A stretch of 64,000 bases of DNA from the NCBI GenBank assembly GCA_902604695.1, contig CACKZT010000003.1:4685-68684 (forward strand), read 5' to 3'. Position numbers and translations under genes: made by a program. The DNA comes from an uncultured Pelagibacteraceae bacterium (GTDB lineage Bacteria > Pseudomonadota > Alphaproteobacteria > Pelagibacterales > Pelagibacteraceae). A model generated the notes under the pieces. The model ran no database searches, was not told where the DNA came from, and saw only the letters and a list, made by a program, of their open reading frames with translations. Of this stretch, positions 10,951 through 21,709 are shown piece by piece (position 1 is the stretch's first letter; every line of letters starts with the position of its first letter).

Positions 10951-11100
10951 TGTAACGGGAGAGCCCAAAAATTGGCGCCGAAGGAGCAACCACCCCGGAA
11001 ACTCTCAGGCAAATGGACCGTTACAGTAATAACTCTGGAAAGAAGGCATATAAAGCCTCACCGAAGGATTAAATCTCTCAGGTACCTAGACAGATGGGGC
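10951..11100 (+). ncRNA. Tandem glycine riboswitch
   Basis: Two aptamers: GGGAGAG..CGCCGAAGGAGCAA..ACTCTCAGGC and CTGGAAAG..CACCGAAGG..TCTCTCAGGT..GACAGA; upstream of gcvT. Confidence 0.95.
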
Positions 11101-11118
11101 AGGATAAGAAGAGTTATT

Positions 11119-12213
11119 ATGGAAGTACAAAAAACAACGTTATACAATTATCATAAAAATCTTGGAGCAAAGTTCGTTCCTTTCGCAGGTTATGAAATGC
11201 CCATCCAGTATAAAGAAGGTATAGTGAAAGAACATATTTCTACTAGATCTTACGCAGGTTTTTTTGACGTTTCACATATGGGGCAATTTTTTTTAGAAGG
11301 TGACGACACTTTAATAAATGCTTTAGAAAAAATTATTCCCGCAGATTTAAAATCGTTGAAACTAAATCATTCAAAGTATTCATTTTTATTAAACGAAAAT
11401 GGTGGGATAATAGACGATCTTATAATAACTAAAACTTTAAAAGGTTTTTGTATAATTTTAAATGCTGCTTGCAAAAACAACGATGTTAAAGAAATTTCTA
11501 AATTTTTAAGTAAAGATCATAAGTATTTTATGAACTCAGATTTATCTTTAATCGCGCTCCAAGGACCGAAGTCAGTAGAAATTTTAGAAAAACTCACACC
11601 AGGAGTTTCAAATTTAAAATTTATGACTGGAGCAAATTTTAATTTTGAAGGTAAAAACCTATATATTACACGATCTGGATATACTGGAGAGGATGGTTTT
11701 GAAATATCTATTCCAAATCAAAAAGTAGAAAAATTAATTCAATTTTTAATTGATAATAAAGTTAACCCAGTTGGTTTAGGAGCTAGAGATACACTAAGGC
11801 TAGAAGCGGGCTTATGCCTTTATGGTCATGATTTAAACCAAGAAATAAATCCTATCGAAGCAAATTTAAAATGGGCTATAGCTAAAAGAAGAAGAGAAGA
11901 AGGTGGTTTTAACGGTTGGGAAAAGATTAAAGAACTATTAACTAGCGGCAGCAATAAAAAAAGAGTTGGTATCTTGCCTGAAGGAAGAGTTATAGCCAGA
12001 GAGAACACTAAGATTTTCTCTGAACAGGGTGAAGAAATTGGAGTAATTACCAGCGGAACTTTTGGACCAAGTGTTAAAGCTCCGGTTGCAATGGGATACG
12101 TAAATTCAAATTTTTCAAAAATAGGAACAAAAATTCAATTAGAAGTAAGAGGTAAGAAGCATGAAGCTAAAGTTTCTGAGCTTCCTTTTTTTAAAAAAAG
12201 TTATGTTAAATAA
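11119..12213 (+). CDS. gcvT: Glycine cleavage aminomethyltransferase T
   Basis: [33 protein letters not shown]; real start at ATG 11119. Confidence 0.97.
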   Translation: MEVQKTTLYNYHKNLGAKFVPFAGYEMPIQYKEGIVKEHISTRSYAGFFDVSHMGQFFLEGDDTLINALEKIIPADLKSLKLNHSKYSFLLNENGGIIDDLIITKTLKGFCIILNAACKNNDVKEISKFLSKDHKYFMNSDLSLIALQGPKSVEILEKLTPGVSNLKFMTGANFNFEGKNLYITRSGYTGEDGFEISIPNQKVEKLIQFLIDNKVNPVGLGARDTLRLEAGLCLYGHDLNQEINPIEANLKWAIAKRRREEGGFNGWEKIKELLTSGSNKKRVGILPEGRVIARENTKIFSEQGEEIGVITSGTFGPSVKAPVAMGYVNSNFSKIGTKIQLEVRGKKHEAKVSELPFFKKSYVK

Positions 12214-12227
12214 AAATGGTAGTAAAT

Positions 12228-12608
12228 ATGAGTGAGAAAAAATTTTCAAAAAAGCATGAGTGGGTTTCTCTTGATGGTGATACAGCTACAGTTGGCATTA
12301 CAAAACATGCAACAGAAATGTTAGGAGATATTGTTTTTGTAGAAGTTCCAGAAGCAGGAAAAATAGTCGAGAAAGACGGCCAAGCTGCAGTAGTAGAGTC
12401 TACTAAAGCTGCGAGTGATGTTTACTCACCAATCTCTGGAGAAATAATAGAAGGAAATAAATCAATAGTAGATGATCCTGGGAATGTGAATTCTGACCCA
12501 GAAGGCGCAAGTTGGTTTTTTAAAATAAAATTAAAAAATAAGTCAGAATTAGATTCCCTAATGTCTATAACAGAATATGAAAAATTTGTCGCGGAGAACC
12601 CAAGTTAA
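12228..12608 (+). CDS. gcvH: Glycine cleavage H protein
   Basis: HEWV, LGDIVFV, lipoyl motif [13 protein letters not shown]. Confidence 0.96.
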   Translation: MSEKKFSKKHEWVSLDGDTATVGITKHATEMLGDIVFVEVPEAGKIVEKDGQAAVVESTKAASDVYSPISGEIIEGNKSIVDDPGNVNSDPEGASWFFKIKLKNKSELDSLMSITEYEKFVAENPS

Positions 12609-15473
12609 ATGATTGATAATAATTCAAAAGAATTTATATACCGCCATATAGGCCCATCTGAAAATGAGCAAAAAAGTATGCTTAAAGCAATAGGTTATGA
12701 CTCATTAAATAATCTAATGAAATCAACAGTTCCAGAAAAGATTTTATTAAAAGAGGAACTTAAAATAGATGAGCCACTTTCTGAAAATGATGCTTTAAAA
12801 AAATTAAAATCCATTTCAAAAAAAAATAAAATTTTTAGAAACTTTATTGGAATGGGCTATTATAATTCTTTTACCCCTAATGTTATTTTAAGAAATATTC
12901 TTGAGAATCCTGGATGGTATACTTCATACACTCCATATCAACCCGAAGTTGCTCAAGGTCGATTGGAAATGTTGTTAAATTTTCAGCAGTTAATTATAGA
13001 TTTAACTGGTATGGACATCGCTAATGCTTCCTTATTAGATGAAGCAACTGCAGCAGCAGAAGCAGTTGGCCTAAGTCAAAGATTAGATAAAAAAAATTCT
13101 AAAAAAATATTTGTTTCAAGTTCATGCAATCCTCAAACAATAGACCTTATAAAAACACGTGCAGAACCTTTCGGCCTAGAATTAGTTATCGGAGATCCAA
13201 AAGATCTACAAGATATAAATGAAAATATTATTTGTGGTGTTTTGTCTTATCCTGGAACATTAGGTGATATTCAAGATCCAAGTGAGATCATTAGCAAGAT
13301 TCATAAAAAAAACGGTAAAGCAATTTTAGTTTGTGATTTATTAGCTCTTACAAAGTTAAAAACTCCAGCTGAGCTAGGAGCGGACATTGCAGTTGGGAGC
13401 GCACAAAGATTTGGTATCCCGATGGGTTACGGTGGGCCCCATGCAGCTTTTTTTGCAACTAAAGAAGAATTTAAACGATCTATGCCTGGAAGAATTATTG
13501 GAGTGTCAGTTGATAGACATGGGAAAAAAGCTTACAGACTTTCTTTGCAAACTAGAGAACAACACATTAGAAGAGACAAAGCTACTAGTAACATATGTAC
13601 TGCACAAGCTTTACTAGCAATTATTAGTGCTGCATTTGCAATTTATCATGGACCTAATGGAATACTTAAAATTGCAAATAGAACTTCAAGTTTAGCTAAA
13701 TTATTTGCAGATGAGATAAGAAAAGGTGGTTTTGAAATACTTAGTGATCATTTTTTTGATACAGTCACGATAAAGACAAAGAATAAAACTGATAAAATTT
13801 ATCAAAAAGCACAACAGGAAGGCATTAATTTAAGGAGGGTAGATAAAGAAAACTTATCTATTGCTTTTGACGAAGCAAAAAAACTTAGTGATGTAAATAT
13901 TTTATTAAAAATATTTGGAATATCCAAAACTATTAGTCAAAATACTAAAGTTAATTTAGACAATTTACCAAAGAGTCTTTTAAGAACCTCTAAGTATTTA
14001 ACTCACCCGGTATTTAACAAATATCATTCGGAAACGGAAATGTTGAGATATCTTAAAAAACTTGAAGACTGTGATATTGCTTTAAACAGATCTATGATCG
14101 CCTTGGGTTCATGCACCATGAAATTAAATGCGGCTGCGGAATTAATCCCTATTACTTGGAAAGAATTTTCATTACCACACCCATTTGTTCCAGTAGAACA
14201 AATGAAAGGTTATCAAATATTATTTAATGATTTAATCGGTGATCTAAAGGAAATTACTGGCTATGATGCAGTTTCTTTACAACCAAACTCAGGAGCGCAA
14301 GGAGAATATGCTGGATTAATGACTATAAGAAAGTTTCATAAAAGTAACAATCAATCCAACCGGAATATATGCCTAATTCCAAATTCAGCTCACGGAACAA
14401 ATCCTGCAAGCGCCCAAATGTGTGGAATGAAAGTAGTTGTTGTAAATTGTGATGAAGATGGAAATGTAGATATTGAAGATTTAAAAAGTAAATCAGAGAA
14501 ATATTCAAAAGATCTTGCAGCACTAATGGTTACTTATCCTTCAACTCATGGTGTATTCGAAGAAAAAATTATTGAAATTTGTGAAATTATTCATAAATCT
14601 GGCGGTCAAGTTTATATGGATGGTGCTAACTTAAACGCATTAGTCGGAGTAGCTAAACCAGGGAAATTCGGCCCAGATGTTTGCCATATAAATTTACACA
14701 AAACTTTTTGTATTCCGCATGGTGGAGGAGGGCCAGGTATGGGGCCAATAGCTTGCGCAAAACATTTAGCTGAATTTTTACCAACCCACAATATCATCAA
14801 AGAGTCAGGTCCTAAAAATGGAATGGGAGCAGTTTCAGCAGCTCCATGGGGAAGCTCAAGTATTCTCCCTATTTCATGGATGTATATTAAGATGATGGGA
14901 GCAGAGGGTTTAAAAAAAGCCTCACAAGTTTCAATTTTAAATGCAAATTACATTTCAAAGAAATTATCTAATGACTACAAAGTTTTATATACTGGAAAAA
15001 ATGGAAATGTAGCTCATGAATGTATTATAGATATAAGACCTATTAAAACAAGCTCAGGTGTATCAGAAGAAGATTTAGCAAAAAGATTAATAGATTTTGG
15101 GTACCATGCCCCAACCATGTCTTGGCCGGTAGCAGGAACTATAATGATAGAACCAACAGAGAGTGAAAATTTGGAGGAGATAGATAAATTTTGTAATGCA
15201 TTAATTAAAATCAAAAAAGAAATTAATATGGTTGAGTCAGGCAAATTAGACAAAGAAGACAATCCTCTTAAAAATGCACCGCATACATATCTAGAATTAG
15301 CGGCAAATGATTGGAGTCACAAATATACAAGAGAAGAAGCTGCTTTTCCTAATGAGTATGTTAGAAATAACAAATTCTGGGCACCAGTAGCAAGAGTTGA
15401 CAATGTTTATGGAGACCGAAATCTTGTTTGTTCTTGTCCTTCCATGGATGAATATAAAGATGAAGCTGCATAA
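12609..15473 (+). CDS. gcvP: Glycine dehydrogenase (decarboxylating)
   Basis: YTPYQPE, ATSNICTAQAL, PLP motif HINLHKTF, RVDNVYGDRNLVCSC. Confidence 0.98.
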   Translation: MIDNNSKEFIYRHIGPSENEQKSMLKAIGYDSLNNLMKSTVPEKILLKEELKIDEPLSENDALKKLKSISKKNKIFRNFIGMGYYNSFTPNVILRNILENPGWYTSYTPYQPEVAQGRLEMLLNFQQLIIDLTGMDIANASLLDEATAAAEAVGLSQRLDKKNSKKIFVSSSCNPQTIDLIKTRAEPFGLELVIGDPKDLQDINENIICGVLSYPGTLGDIQDPSEIISKIHKKNGKAILVCDLLALTKLKTPAELGADIAVGSAQRFGIPMGYGGPHAAFFATKEEFKRSMPGRIIGVSVDRHGKKAYRLSLQTREQHIRRDKATSNICTAQALLAIISAAFAIYHGPNGILKIANRTSSLAKLFADEIRKGGFEILSDHFFDTVTIKTKNKTDKIYQKAQQEGINLRRVDKENLSIAFDEAKKLSDVNILLKIFGISKTISQNTKVNLDNLPKSLLRTSKYLTHPVFNKYHSETEMLRYLKKLEDCDIALNRSMIALGSCTMKLNAAAELIPITWKEFSLPHPFVPVEQMKGYQILFNDLIGDLKEITGYDAVSLQPNSGAQGEYAGLMTIRKFHKSNNQSNRNICLIPNSAHGTNPASAQMCGMKVVVVNCDEDGNVDIEDLKSKSEKYSKDLAALMVTYPSTHGVFEEKIIEICEIIHKSGGQVYMDGANLNALVGVAKPGKFGPDVCHINLHKTFCIPHGGGGPGMGPIACAKHLAEFLPTHNIIKESGPKNGMGAVSAAPWGSSSILPISWMYIKMMGAEGLKKASQVSILNANYISKKLSNDYKVLYTGKNGNVAHECIIDIRPIKTSSGVSEEDLAKRLIDFGYHAPTMSWPVAGTIMIEPTESENLEEIDKFCNALIKIKKEINMVESGKLDKEDNPLKNAPHTYLELAANDWSHKYTREEAAFPNEYVRNNKFWAPVARVDNVYGDRNLVCSCPSMDEYKDEAA

Positions 15474-15482
15474 ATTTTTTTA

Positions 15483-16712
15483 ATGAGAATAGCAGTTATC
15501 GGTTCGGGAATTTCTGGATTATCAGCAGCACATTTTTTATCCAAACATCACAAAGTAGATTTATTTGAGCAGAATGATCATTTTGGAGGTCACTCTTATA
15601 CTTACGATATTAAAGAAATAAATAAAAGTATACCAGTAGATCTTGGTTTTATAGTTTTTAATGAATTAACTTATCCAAATTTGATTAAATTTTTTAATGA
15701 TTTAAATGTTCCTTTTGAAAAAAGCAACATGTCGTTTTCTGTATCTATTAAAAATACTAGCGTGGAATATGGAGGAAGTGGTTTGGGTGCTATTTTTGCC
15801 AATAAATTAAATTTATTTAATTTTAATTTTTTAAAGATGATTAAGGAAATTCTAAAATTTTATAAGAATGCTCCATTACTTCTGAATAACAATACTTCTG
15901 AAGAAACTTTAGGCAATTATTTAGAAAGATCAAAACTGTCAAAGTATTTCATTGAATTCCACATTATTCCAATGGTTGCAGCAATATGGTCAATGCCCTT
16001 TTCCAAAGCGAAAGAATTGCCTTTAAATCTTTTTCTACAATTCTTTATTAATCATGGATTATTTAAATTAAAAAATAGGCCTCAGTGGTACACTGTTACT
16101 AATAGAAGTAGATCGTATGTGAAAAAAATTCTTGAAACAATTAGCGGTGAAATATTTAAAAATTATAGAGTTGACAAAATTTCTAGGAGTAATGAAAATG
16201 TAAGAATTTCAATCGGAAATGAATATCTAGACTATGATCAAGTAATTTTAGCTTCTCATGCCGATCAGAGTTTAAGAATTCTAGAGGATGCTACAAAAAA
16301 GGAAAAAGAAATTTTAAGTAAATTCACTTATGTTTCAAATAATGCTTTCTTACATACTGATACAAATCTTATGCCATTAAGAAAAAAAGCCTGGTCTAGC
16401 TGGAATTCAATTTCTAAAGACAACAAAACTTGTATTACTTATTGGTTAAATAGATTACAAAATTTAAAAACTAGCAAAGATTATTTTTTAACTTTGAATC
16501 CGGTAGAAGACATAGATAAAAGTAAAGTTATTAAAAAAGTAAATTTTACACATCCTTATTTTAATAGTGAAAATGTAAGGCTACAAAAAGACCTTTATTT
16601 GCTTCAAGGCAAAAAAAGAACATGGTATTGTGGAAGTTATTTTGGTTACGGATTTCATGAAGATGGATTAAACTCCACAATTAAAATGATTAAAAACTTT
16701 AAAATTTCATGA
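15483..16712 (+). CDS. FAD-dependent oxidoreductase, UfaD (RSP1091)-like fatty-acyl desaturase
   Basis: GSGISG dinucleotide fold, VDLGFIVFN..YPN, SSWN, GSYFGYGFHEDG; upstream of DUF1365 and cfa. Confidence 0.8.
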   Translation: MRIAVIGSGISGLSAAHFLSKHHKVDLFEQNDHFGGHSYTYDIKEINKSIPVDLGFIVFNELTYPNLIKFFNDLNVPFEKSNMSFSVSIKNTSVEYGGSGLGAIFANKLNLFNFNFLKMIKEILKFYKNAPLLLNNNTSEETLGNYLERSKLSKYFIEFHIIPMVAAIWSMPFSKAKELPLNLFLQFFINHGLFKLKNRPQWYTVTNRSRSYVKKILETISGEIFKNYRVDKISRSNENVRISIGNEYLDYDQVILASHADQSLRILEDATKKEKEILSKFTYVSNNAFLHTDTNLMPLRKKAWSSWNSISKDNKTCITYWLNRLQNLKTSKDYFLTLNPVEDIDKSKVIKKVNFTHPYFNSENVRLQKDLYLLQGKKRTWYCGSYFGYGFHEDGLNSTIKMIKNFKIS

Positions 16713-17470
16713 ATTCATGCATTTATAATGGAATTGTAACTCACACAAGGTTTAAACCAGTAAAACATAAACTTACATACAAAACTTTTTCACTATTACT
16801 AGATTTAGATGAATTAGAAAAATTAGATAAAGAAAATCCCATTTTTTCTTACAATAAATTTAACATTTTTAGTTTTTATAACAAAGATCATGGAAATAGA
16901 GACAATAACTCTCTCAAAAAATGGGTAAAAAGTAGTTTAAAAAAATTTAATATTAGTGAAAATATAGATGAGATTAAATTACTTTGTTATCCCAGAATAT
17001 TCGGATATGTATTTAATCCTCTTAGTATTTTCTATTGTTATGAAAAAAAAAAGCTCAAAATTATTTTTTATGAGGTAAAAAACACCTTTAACGAACAACA
17101 TACTTATATTTTTAAAGTTAAAGATGACAATGAAGTTTACCAAACTTGTAAAAAAAGATTTTACGTTTCACCTTTTATGGACATGGAAACTGAATATGTA
17201 TTTAGATTATTAGATCCTAATGAAAAATTATCCGTCACAATAAAACAGAACGATAAAAAAGGATTAGTTTTGACGGCCACTCAAACTGGAGAAAAACGAG
17301 AAATTTCATTTCATCAACTGGCTGTAAATTTTTTTAAATACCCCTTTATGACGTTAAAAATTATTAGTGCGATACATTTTGAAGCATTGAAATTATGGAT
17401 TAAAGGAGCAATTTACAGGGGAAGAAACAAGAAAATAAAAAATAATTTAAGTTATGAGGACTTTAAATGA
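16709..17470 (+). CDS. DUF1365 family protein (UfaO/RSP1090-like)
   Basis: H-x-R..PRIFGYVFNPLS, EVKNTFNEQH, FYVSPF, IHFEALKLW. Confidence 0.85.
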   Translation: MNSCIYNGIVTHTRFKPVKHKLTYKTFSLLLDLDELEKLDKENPIFSYNKFNIFSFYNKDHGNRDNNSLKKWVKSSLKKFNISENIDEIKLLCYPRIFGYVFNPLSIFYCYEKKKLKIIFYEVKNTFNEQHTYIFKVKDDNEVYQTCKKRFYVSPFMDMETEYVFRLLDPNEKLSVTIKQNDKKGLVLTATQTGEKREISFHQLAVNFFKYPFMTLKIISAIHFEALKLWIKGAIYRGRNKKIKNNLSYEDFK

Positions 17471-18648
17471 GTATTAATAAAATTTCAGAGAAAATAGTAA
17501 TTAATAAATTGCAAAATATTAAAAATGGAAATTTAAAACTAATTAATCATGATGGAAAAGTATATCACTTCGGAGACTTAGAAAATAAACTAACTACCGA
17601 CATAAAAGTTATTAACCCTAAATTTTACTTTAATATTATTGTTGGTGGAGGTTCTGCTCTCGGGGAGGCATATATAAAGAAAGATTTTTATACATCCAAT
17701 TTAACAGATTTAATCGAACTTTCTGCAAAAAATATCAAAACCATTTACTCATTTTCTGGCAGCATAAAACTACAAATTCTCAAAAATTTTATAAAGAAGA
17801 TTTTTGCTTCCAATACAAAATCAAAAAGCTTGAAATATATTTCAAAACATTATGATTTAGGCAATGATTTTTTTTCGGCGTGGCTCGACAAAAGTTTAAC
17901 TTATTCTAGTGGAATATATGTCAAAAAAGAAGATGACTTAGAAACTGCTCAAAAAAATAAATATAAAAAATTAATTGATCTTTTAAACTTAAAAGAAGGA
18001 AATAAAGTTTTAGAGATAGGATGTGGTTGGGGAGGATTTTCTGAATATTTGGCTAAAAAACACGATGTAATTGTTGACTGTATAACAATATCAAAAAGAC
18101 AATTTGAATATACGAAGAAAAAAATTTTTGAAAGTGGTCTTAACAACAAAGTAAATGTTAAGTTTTTAGATTATAGAGATTTAACTAATAAATACGATAA
18201 TGTTGCCTCTATCGAAATGATCGAAGCCGTAGGAGAAAAATATTTAAATCAATATTTTAAAACAATCAGATCCTCTCTAAAACCAGGAGGCACTGCTGCA
18301 ATTCAAGGAATAACTATTAGAGATGATTTGTTTGATCGTTATAGAGCTAATGAGGATTTTATACAAAAATATATTTTTCCCGGAGGATTTCTTCCTTCAA
18401 TAAATTTCATGAAAAAATTGATTAATAAAAATCAACTTCATTTCGAGAAAATAAACTTTTACTCCGAAGATTATGCAAAAACATTATCAACGTGGAGAAA
18501 TAATTTCTTAAATTCTTGGGAAAGAATATCCCCTTTAGGATTCGACAATTCCTTTAAAAAAATGTGGGAATTTTACCTGTGCTATTGTGAGGCAGGTTTT
18601 AAATCAAAGAATATTGACTTGATTCAATTCTCTATGTCTAATAGATAG
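17467..18648 (+). CDS. Cyclopropane-fatty-acyl-phospholipid synthase family SAM methyltransferase (CfaS/UfaM-like)
   Basis: HYDLGNDFF, LEIGCGWGG, SIEMIEAVG, FIQKYIFPGG, WEFYLCYCEAGF. Confidence 0.9.
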   Translation: MSINKISEKIVINKLQNIKNGNLKLINHDGKVYHFGDLENKLTTDIKVINPKFYFNIIVGGGSALGEAYIKKDFYTSNLTDLIELSAKNIKTIYSFSGSIKLQILKNFIKKIFASNTKSKSLKYISKHYDLGNDFFSAWLDKSLTYSSGIYVKKEDDLETAQKNKYKKLIDLLNLKEGNKVLEIGCGWGGFSEYLAKKHDVIVDCITISKRQFEYTKKKIFESGLNNKVNVKFLDYRDLTNKYDNVASIEMIEAVGEKYLNQYFKTIRSSLKPGGTAAIQGITIRDDLFDRYRANEDFIQKYIFPGGFLPSINFMKKLINKNQLHFEKINFYSEDYAKTLSTWRNNFLNSWERISPLGFDNSFKKMWEFYLCYCEAGFKSKNIDLIQFSMSNR

Positions 18649-18653
18649 TCAAC

Positions 18654-19178
18654 ATGAAAAAAATACTTGGAATATTTTTAATTATTTTTTTAACTGGTTG
18701 TGGAAATAAAATGAAACCAATAGATTTTAAAGATCAAAAGCCTAGATTAATAATCGAAGATTATCTTTCTGGAAATGTTAAAGCCTGGGGTGTGCTACAA
18801 GATAGATCTGGAAAAGTAACGAGACAATTTAAAGCCGATCTCGATGGAAAATGGGATGGTTCTCAATTAATTTTAGATGAAGTTTTTAATTGGACTGATG
18901 GTGAGAAGCAAACTCGACAATGGACCATTAATAAGATAGATGAGCATAATTACGAAGGTACCGCCTCTGATGTAGTTGGAACAGCCAAAGGATATTCTTA
19001 TGGCCCAGCATTCAAGTTTGAATATGTATTATTAGTTCCAGTAAAGGGAAAAAATATAAAGATTACTTTTGATGATTGGATATTTATGCAAGATGAACGT
19101 GTCGCTATAAATCGAGCAACTATGACTAAGTTTGGATTTAAGGTAGCCGAACTTACAGTAATGTTTGTAAAAGATTAA
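18654..19178 (+). CDS. DUF3833 family lipoprotein
   Basis: Lipobox FLTGC; FDDWIFMQDE..INRATMTKFGFKV. Confidence 0.82.
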   Translation: MKKILGIFLIIFLTGCGNKMKPIDFKDQKPRLIIEDYLSGNVKAWGVLQDRSGKVTRQFKADLDGKWDGSQLILDEVFNWTDGEKQTRQWTINKIDEHNYEGTASDVVGTAKGYSYGPAFKFEYVLLVPVKGKNIKITFDDWIFMQDERVAINRATMTKFGFKVAELTVMFVKD

Positions 19179-19918
19179 CGTTTTACTAGTTTATCTACTA
19201 AAAACAAATAAATCCTATAAGGTAAAATTCTTAAAAACTTCAAAGTAAAAGTTAGTTGTTTTGGGAAATGTACTTCAAAAGATTTTGAATTTACCAAACC
19301 ATCATAAATTTTTTCTGCTGCAAACTCTGGTGATCTTAAAAATGGCATGTCAAAATCATTCTTATCTGTCAAAGGTGTTTTTATAAATCCAGGAGACACA
19401 ACCGAAACCCTTACATTAAATTTTTTAAAATCAAAATAAATACTTTCTGCAAAATTTGTTAAAGCTGCCTTAGAGGGACCATAACCACTAGAATTGGGCA
19501 GACCTCTATACCCGGCAATTGATGATACAATTGATATATGTCCATCTTTTTTTTCTTTAAAATATTTTTCTACTGTTTTTACACAATTTAAAGTACCGAA
19601 ATAATTTACATCCATTATAAATCTATTTTGTTCTAAATTGACCTCCTGCTCTTTTTTTGGATCATATGTTCCGCTACAAAAAAAACAAATATCTAAACCA
19701 TCTAATTTTTTAATAATTTCTTCAAATGTTGTTTTACAATTATTTTCATTCGTAACATCTAGAGGAAACGAATAAATATTTTTATTGTTAGATATTTGAT
19801 CCAAAATTTCTTTTCTTCTAGCTGATATGGCTACTTTCCAGCCCTCATTTGCAAATTTTTCTGCAACAGCTTTTCCAATTCCACTGCTTGCGCCAGTTAT
19901 CCATATATTTTTAGACAT
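19175..19918 (-). CDS. SDR oxidoreductase (type associated with the cfa/ufa cluster)
   Basis: IWITGASSGIG, YGPSK, PGFIKTPLTDKNDFDMPF. Confidence 0.85.
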   Translation of the reverse strand: MSKNIWITGASSGIGKAVAEKFANEGWKVAISARRKEILDQISNNKNIYSFPLDVTNENNCKTTFEEIIKKLDGLDICFFCSGTYDPKKEQEVNLEQNRFIMDVNYFGTLNCVKTVEKYFKEKKDGHISIVSSIAGYRGLPNSSGYGPSKAALTNFAESIYFDFKKFNVRVSVVSPGFIKTPLTDKNDFDMPFLRSPEFAAEKIYDGLVNSKSFEVHFPKQLTFTLKFLRILPYRIYLFLVDKLVKR

Positions 19919-19939
19919 AATTTAGTTATACATTATTTT

Positions 19940-20404
19940 ATGACAAAAAATAAATATTTGTCTTTATTTTTTATACTTTTAATTACCTTCATTGCTTCAG
20001 CAGTTGGAGGTTTAATAACATCTTCTTTTAAAGAACCTTGGTACTCAGAGATTATTTTGCCTAGCTACAATCCCCCAAGTTGGGTTTTTGGTCCAGTATG
20101 GACAACTCTTTATATTTTTATGTCTATAGCTATTTGGAAAATATGGATTAATTATTACGATAAAAAAATTATGGTAATTTATTTTGTTCATTTATTTTTT
20201 AATGCCATGTGGAGCGTACTTTTTTTTGGATTTCATTTTATAGGTGTTGCTTTAATTGACTTAATCATAATTTTGTTTTTTATAATAGCTTTAATTAAAA
20301 TTTATTATAAAAAAGATATTATAAGTTTTTATCTGATGATCCCCTATCTACTCTGGTCTTCATATGCTTTAGTTTTAAATACTTCAATTTTTTTTCTTAA
20401 TTAA
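19940..20404 (+). CDS. tspO: TspO/MBR tryptophan-rich sensory protein
   Basis: WY..PSYNPPSWVFGPVWTTLY, NAMWSVLFF, PYLLW. Confidence 0.92.
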   Translation: MTKNKYLSLFFILLITFIASAVGGLITSSFKEPWYSEIILPSYNPPSWVFGPVWTTLYIFMSIAIWKIWINYYDKKIMVIYFVHLFFNAMWSVLFFGFHFIGVALIDLIIILFFIIALIKIYYKKDIISFYLMIPYLLWSSYALVLNTSIFFLN

Positions 20405-20871
20405 AACCATTTATTGGGATATTTTCTTTTCATAATAAATCTATTAATAATTATTGCTAAGACTATTAATAAGATCGTTCCCGCAAAAACTGGAAAAACT
20501 ACATATTCAAGAGATACATCTGCGAATAAAGCAATCAGAGGGTTAGCTGCTGCTGGAGGATGAACTACTTTAAGGTAACTCATCAGCATTACAAGAGTTC
20601 CAACTGATAAACCCAAAGTGATAAATGACATTCCAAATAACTCATTAAATATAATTCCTATTAAAATTCCTAAAAGATGTCCAAAAAATATATTTTTTGG
20701 TTGAGCAAACTCACTATTATAAAATAATAAAACTATAAGAGTCGTAGAACCAAAAGAAAACATTAGCCAAAAACCTGTTGAAGTTTCAAAACTGAGAAAA
20801 GCTAATACACCTATTATGATTGACGCTGATATACCCGCAAAAACTGGCTCTAATTTTTTTGATATTTTCAT
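20401..20871 (-). CDS. HPP family membrane protein
   Basis: FAQPKNIFFGH and HPPAAANP motifs. Confidence 0.88.
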   Translation of the reverse strand: MKISKKLEPVFAGISASIIIGVLAFLSFETSTGFWLMFSFGSTTLIVLLFYNSEFAQPKNIFFGHLLGILIGIIFNELFGMSFITLGLSVGTLVMLMSYLKVVHPPAAANPLIALFADVSLEYVVFPVFAGTILLIVLAIIINRFIMKRKYPNKWF

Positions 20872-20905
20872 ATATATTTTTTTTTAAATTAAGTTATATA
20901 CTCTT

Positions 20906-21709
20906 ATGGACTATAAAAAACCATATAACCTATTAAAAATTTTACCTTTTAAATTAAATACTTTTTATAAGAAAAAATCTACAAATAATTTAGTAGTTCA
21001 AAACAAATCTAAGTCTAAAACAGACTTTGATCCAGTAACAAATTTAGATAAAGCTTTTGAAAAATATATAAGATCTTTAATATTAAAAAAGTTTCCAAAT
21101 GATGCAATTATTGGAGAGGAGTTTAAAGACAAACATTCAATTAATGATTATAAATGGTCGATAGATCCTATAGATGGAACTAGAGCTTTCGTTATTGGTG
21201 CTCCAACTTGGTCAAATTTAATAAGCTTATCTTACAAAGAAAAATCTAAAATTGGTTTGGCTAACTTTCCTGAATTAAATAAATATTATATCAATGATAA
21301 AAAAAAATCGTATGTATTTAAAAATAAAAAAAGATTTACACTAAAATCATCTAATAATTATAATTTAAAAACAATTAAAATTATCGGAAACTTTCACGGT
21401 ACTTTAAGTTATGAAAAACAAAAAAAGGTAATTAAAAAGTTTGGTTGGTCTTTTAGATTAGCTGGATTTGATGCATTAAATTATTGTTTATTAGCGGAAG
21501 GCAAAGTTGATGCGGTGATTGAAGCTAATTTAAAGCCCTATGATATATTGCCTTTAATACCTATAATTAAAAATTCAGGTGCAATGGTCACTAATTGGAA
21601 AAATGAACCAGGAGAAAACGGTGGAAATATTTTAGCAACATCTAATAAAAAATTACATGATAAAATTATTAAAATACTTAAACCATTTACAAAAAAAAAT
21701 AAAAGCTAA
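20906..21709 (+). CDS. Inositol-monophosphatase family protein, probable histidinol-phosphatase HisN
   Basis: FDPVT..D, IIGEE, IDPIDGTRAF, LKPYDI. Confidence 0.75.
   Translation: MDYKKPYNLLKILPFKLNTFYKKKSTNNLVVQNKSKSKTDFDPVTNLDKAFEKYIRSLILKKFPNDAIIGEEFKDKHSINDYKWSIDPIDGTRAFVIGAPTWSNLISLSYKEKSKIGLANFPELNKYYINDKKKSYVFKNKKRFTLKSSNNYNLKTIKIIGNFHGTLSYEKQKKVIKKFGWSFRLAGFDALNYCLLAEGKVDAVIEANLKPYDILPLIPIIKNSGAMVTNWKNEPGENGGNILATSNKKLHDKIIKILKPFTKKNKS

Noticed and set aside
10972-11118. 49-codon N-terminal extension of gcvT in the ORF track
   Set aside because: It is the glycine riboswitch read in frame from a TTG; GcvT similarity starts at ATG 11119
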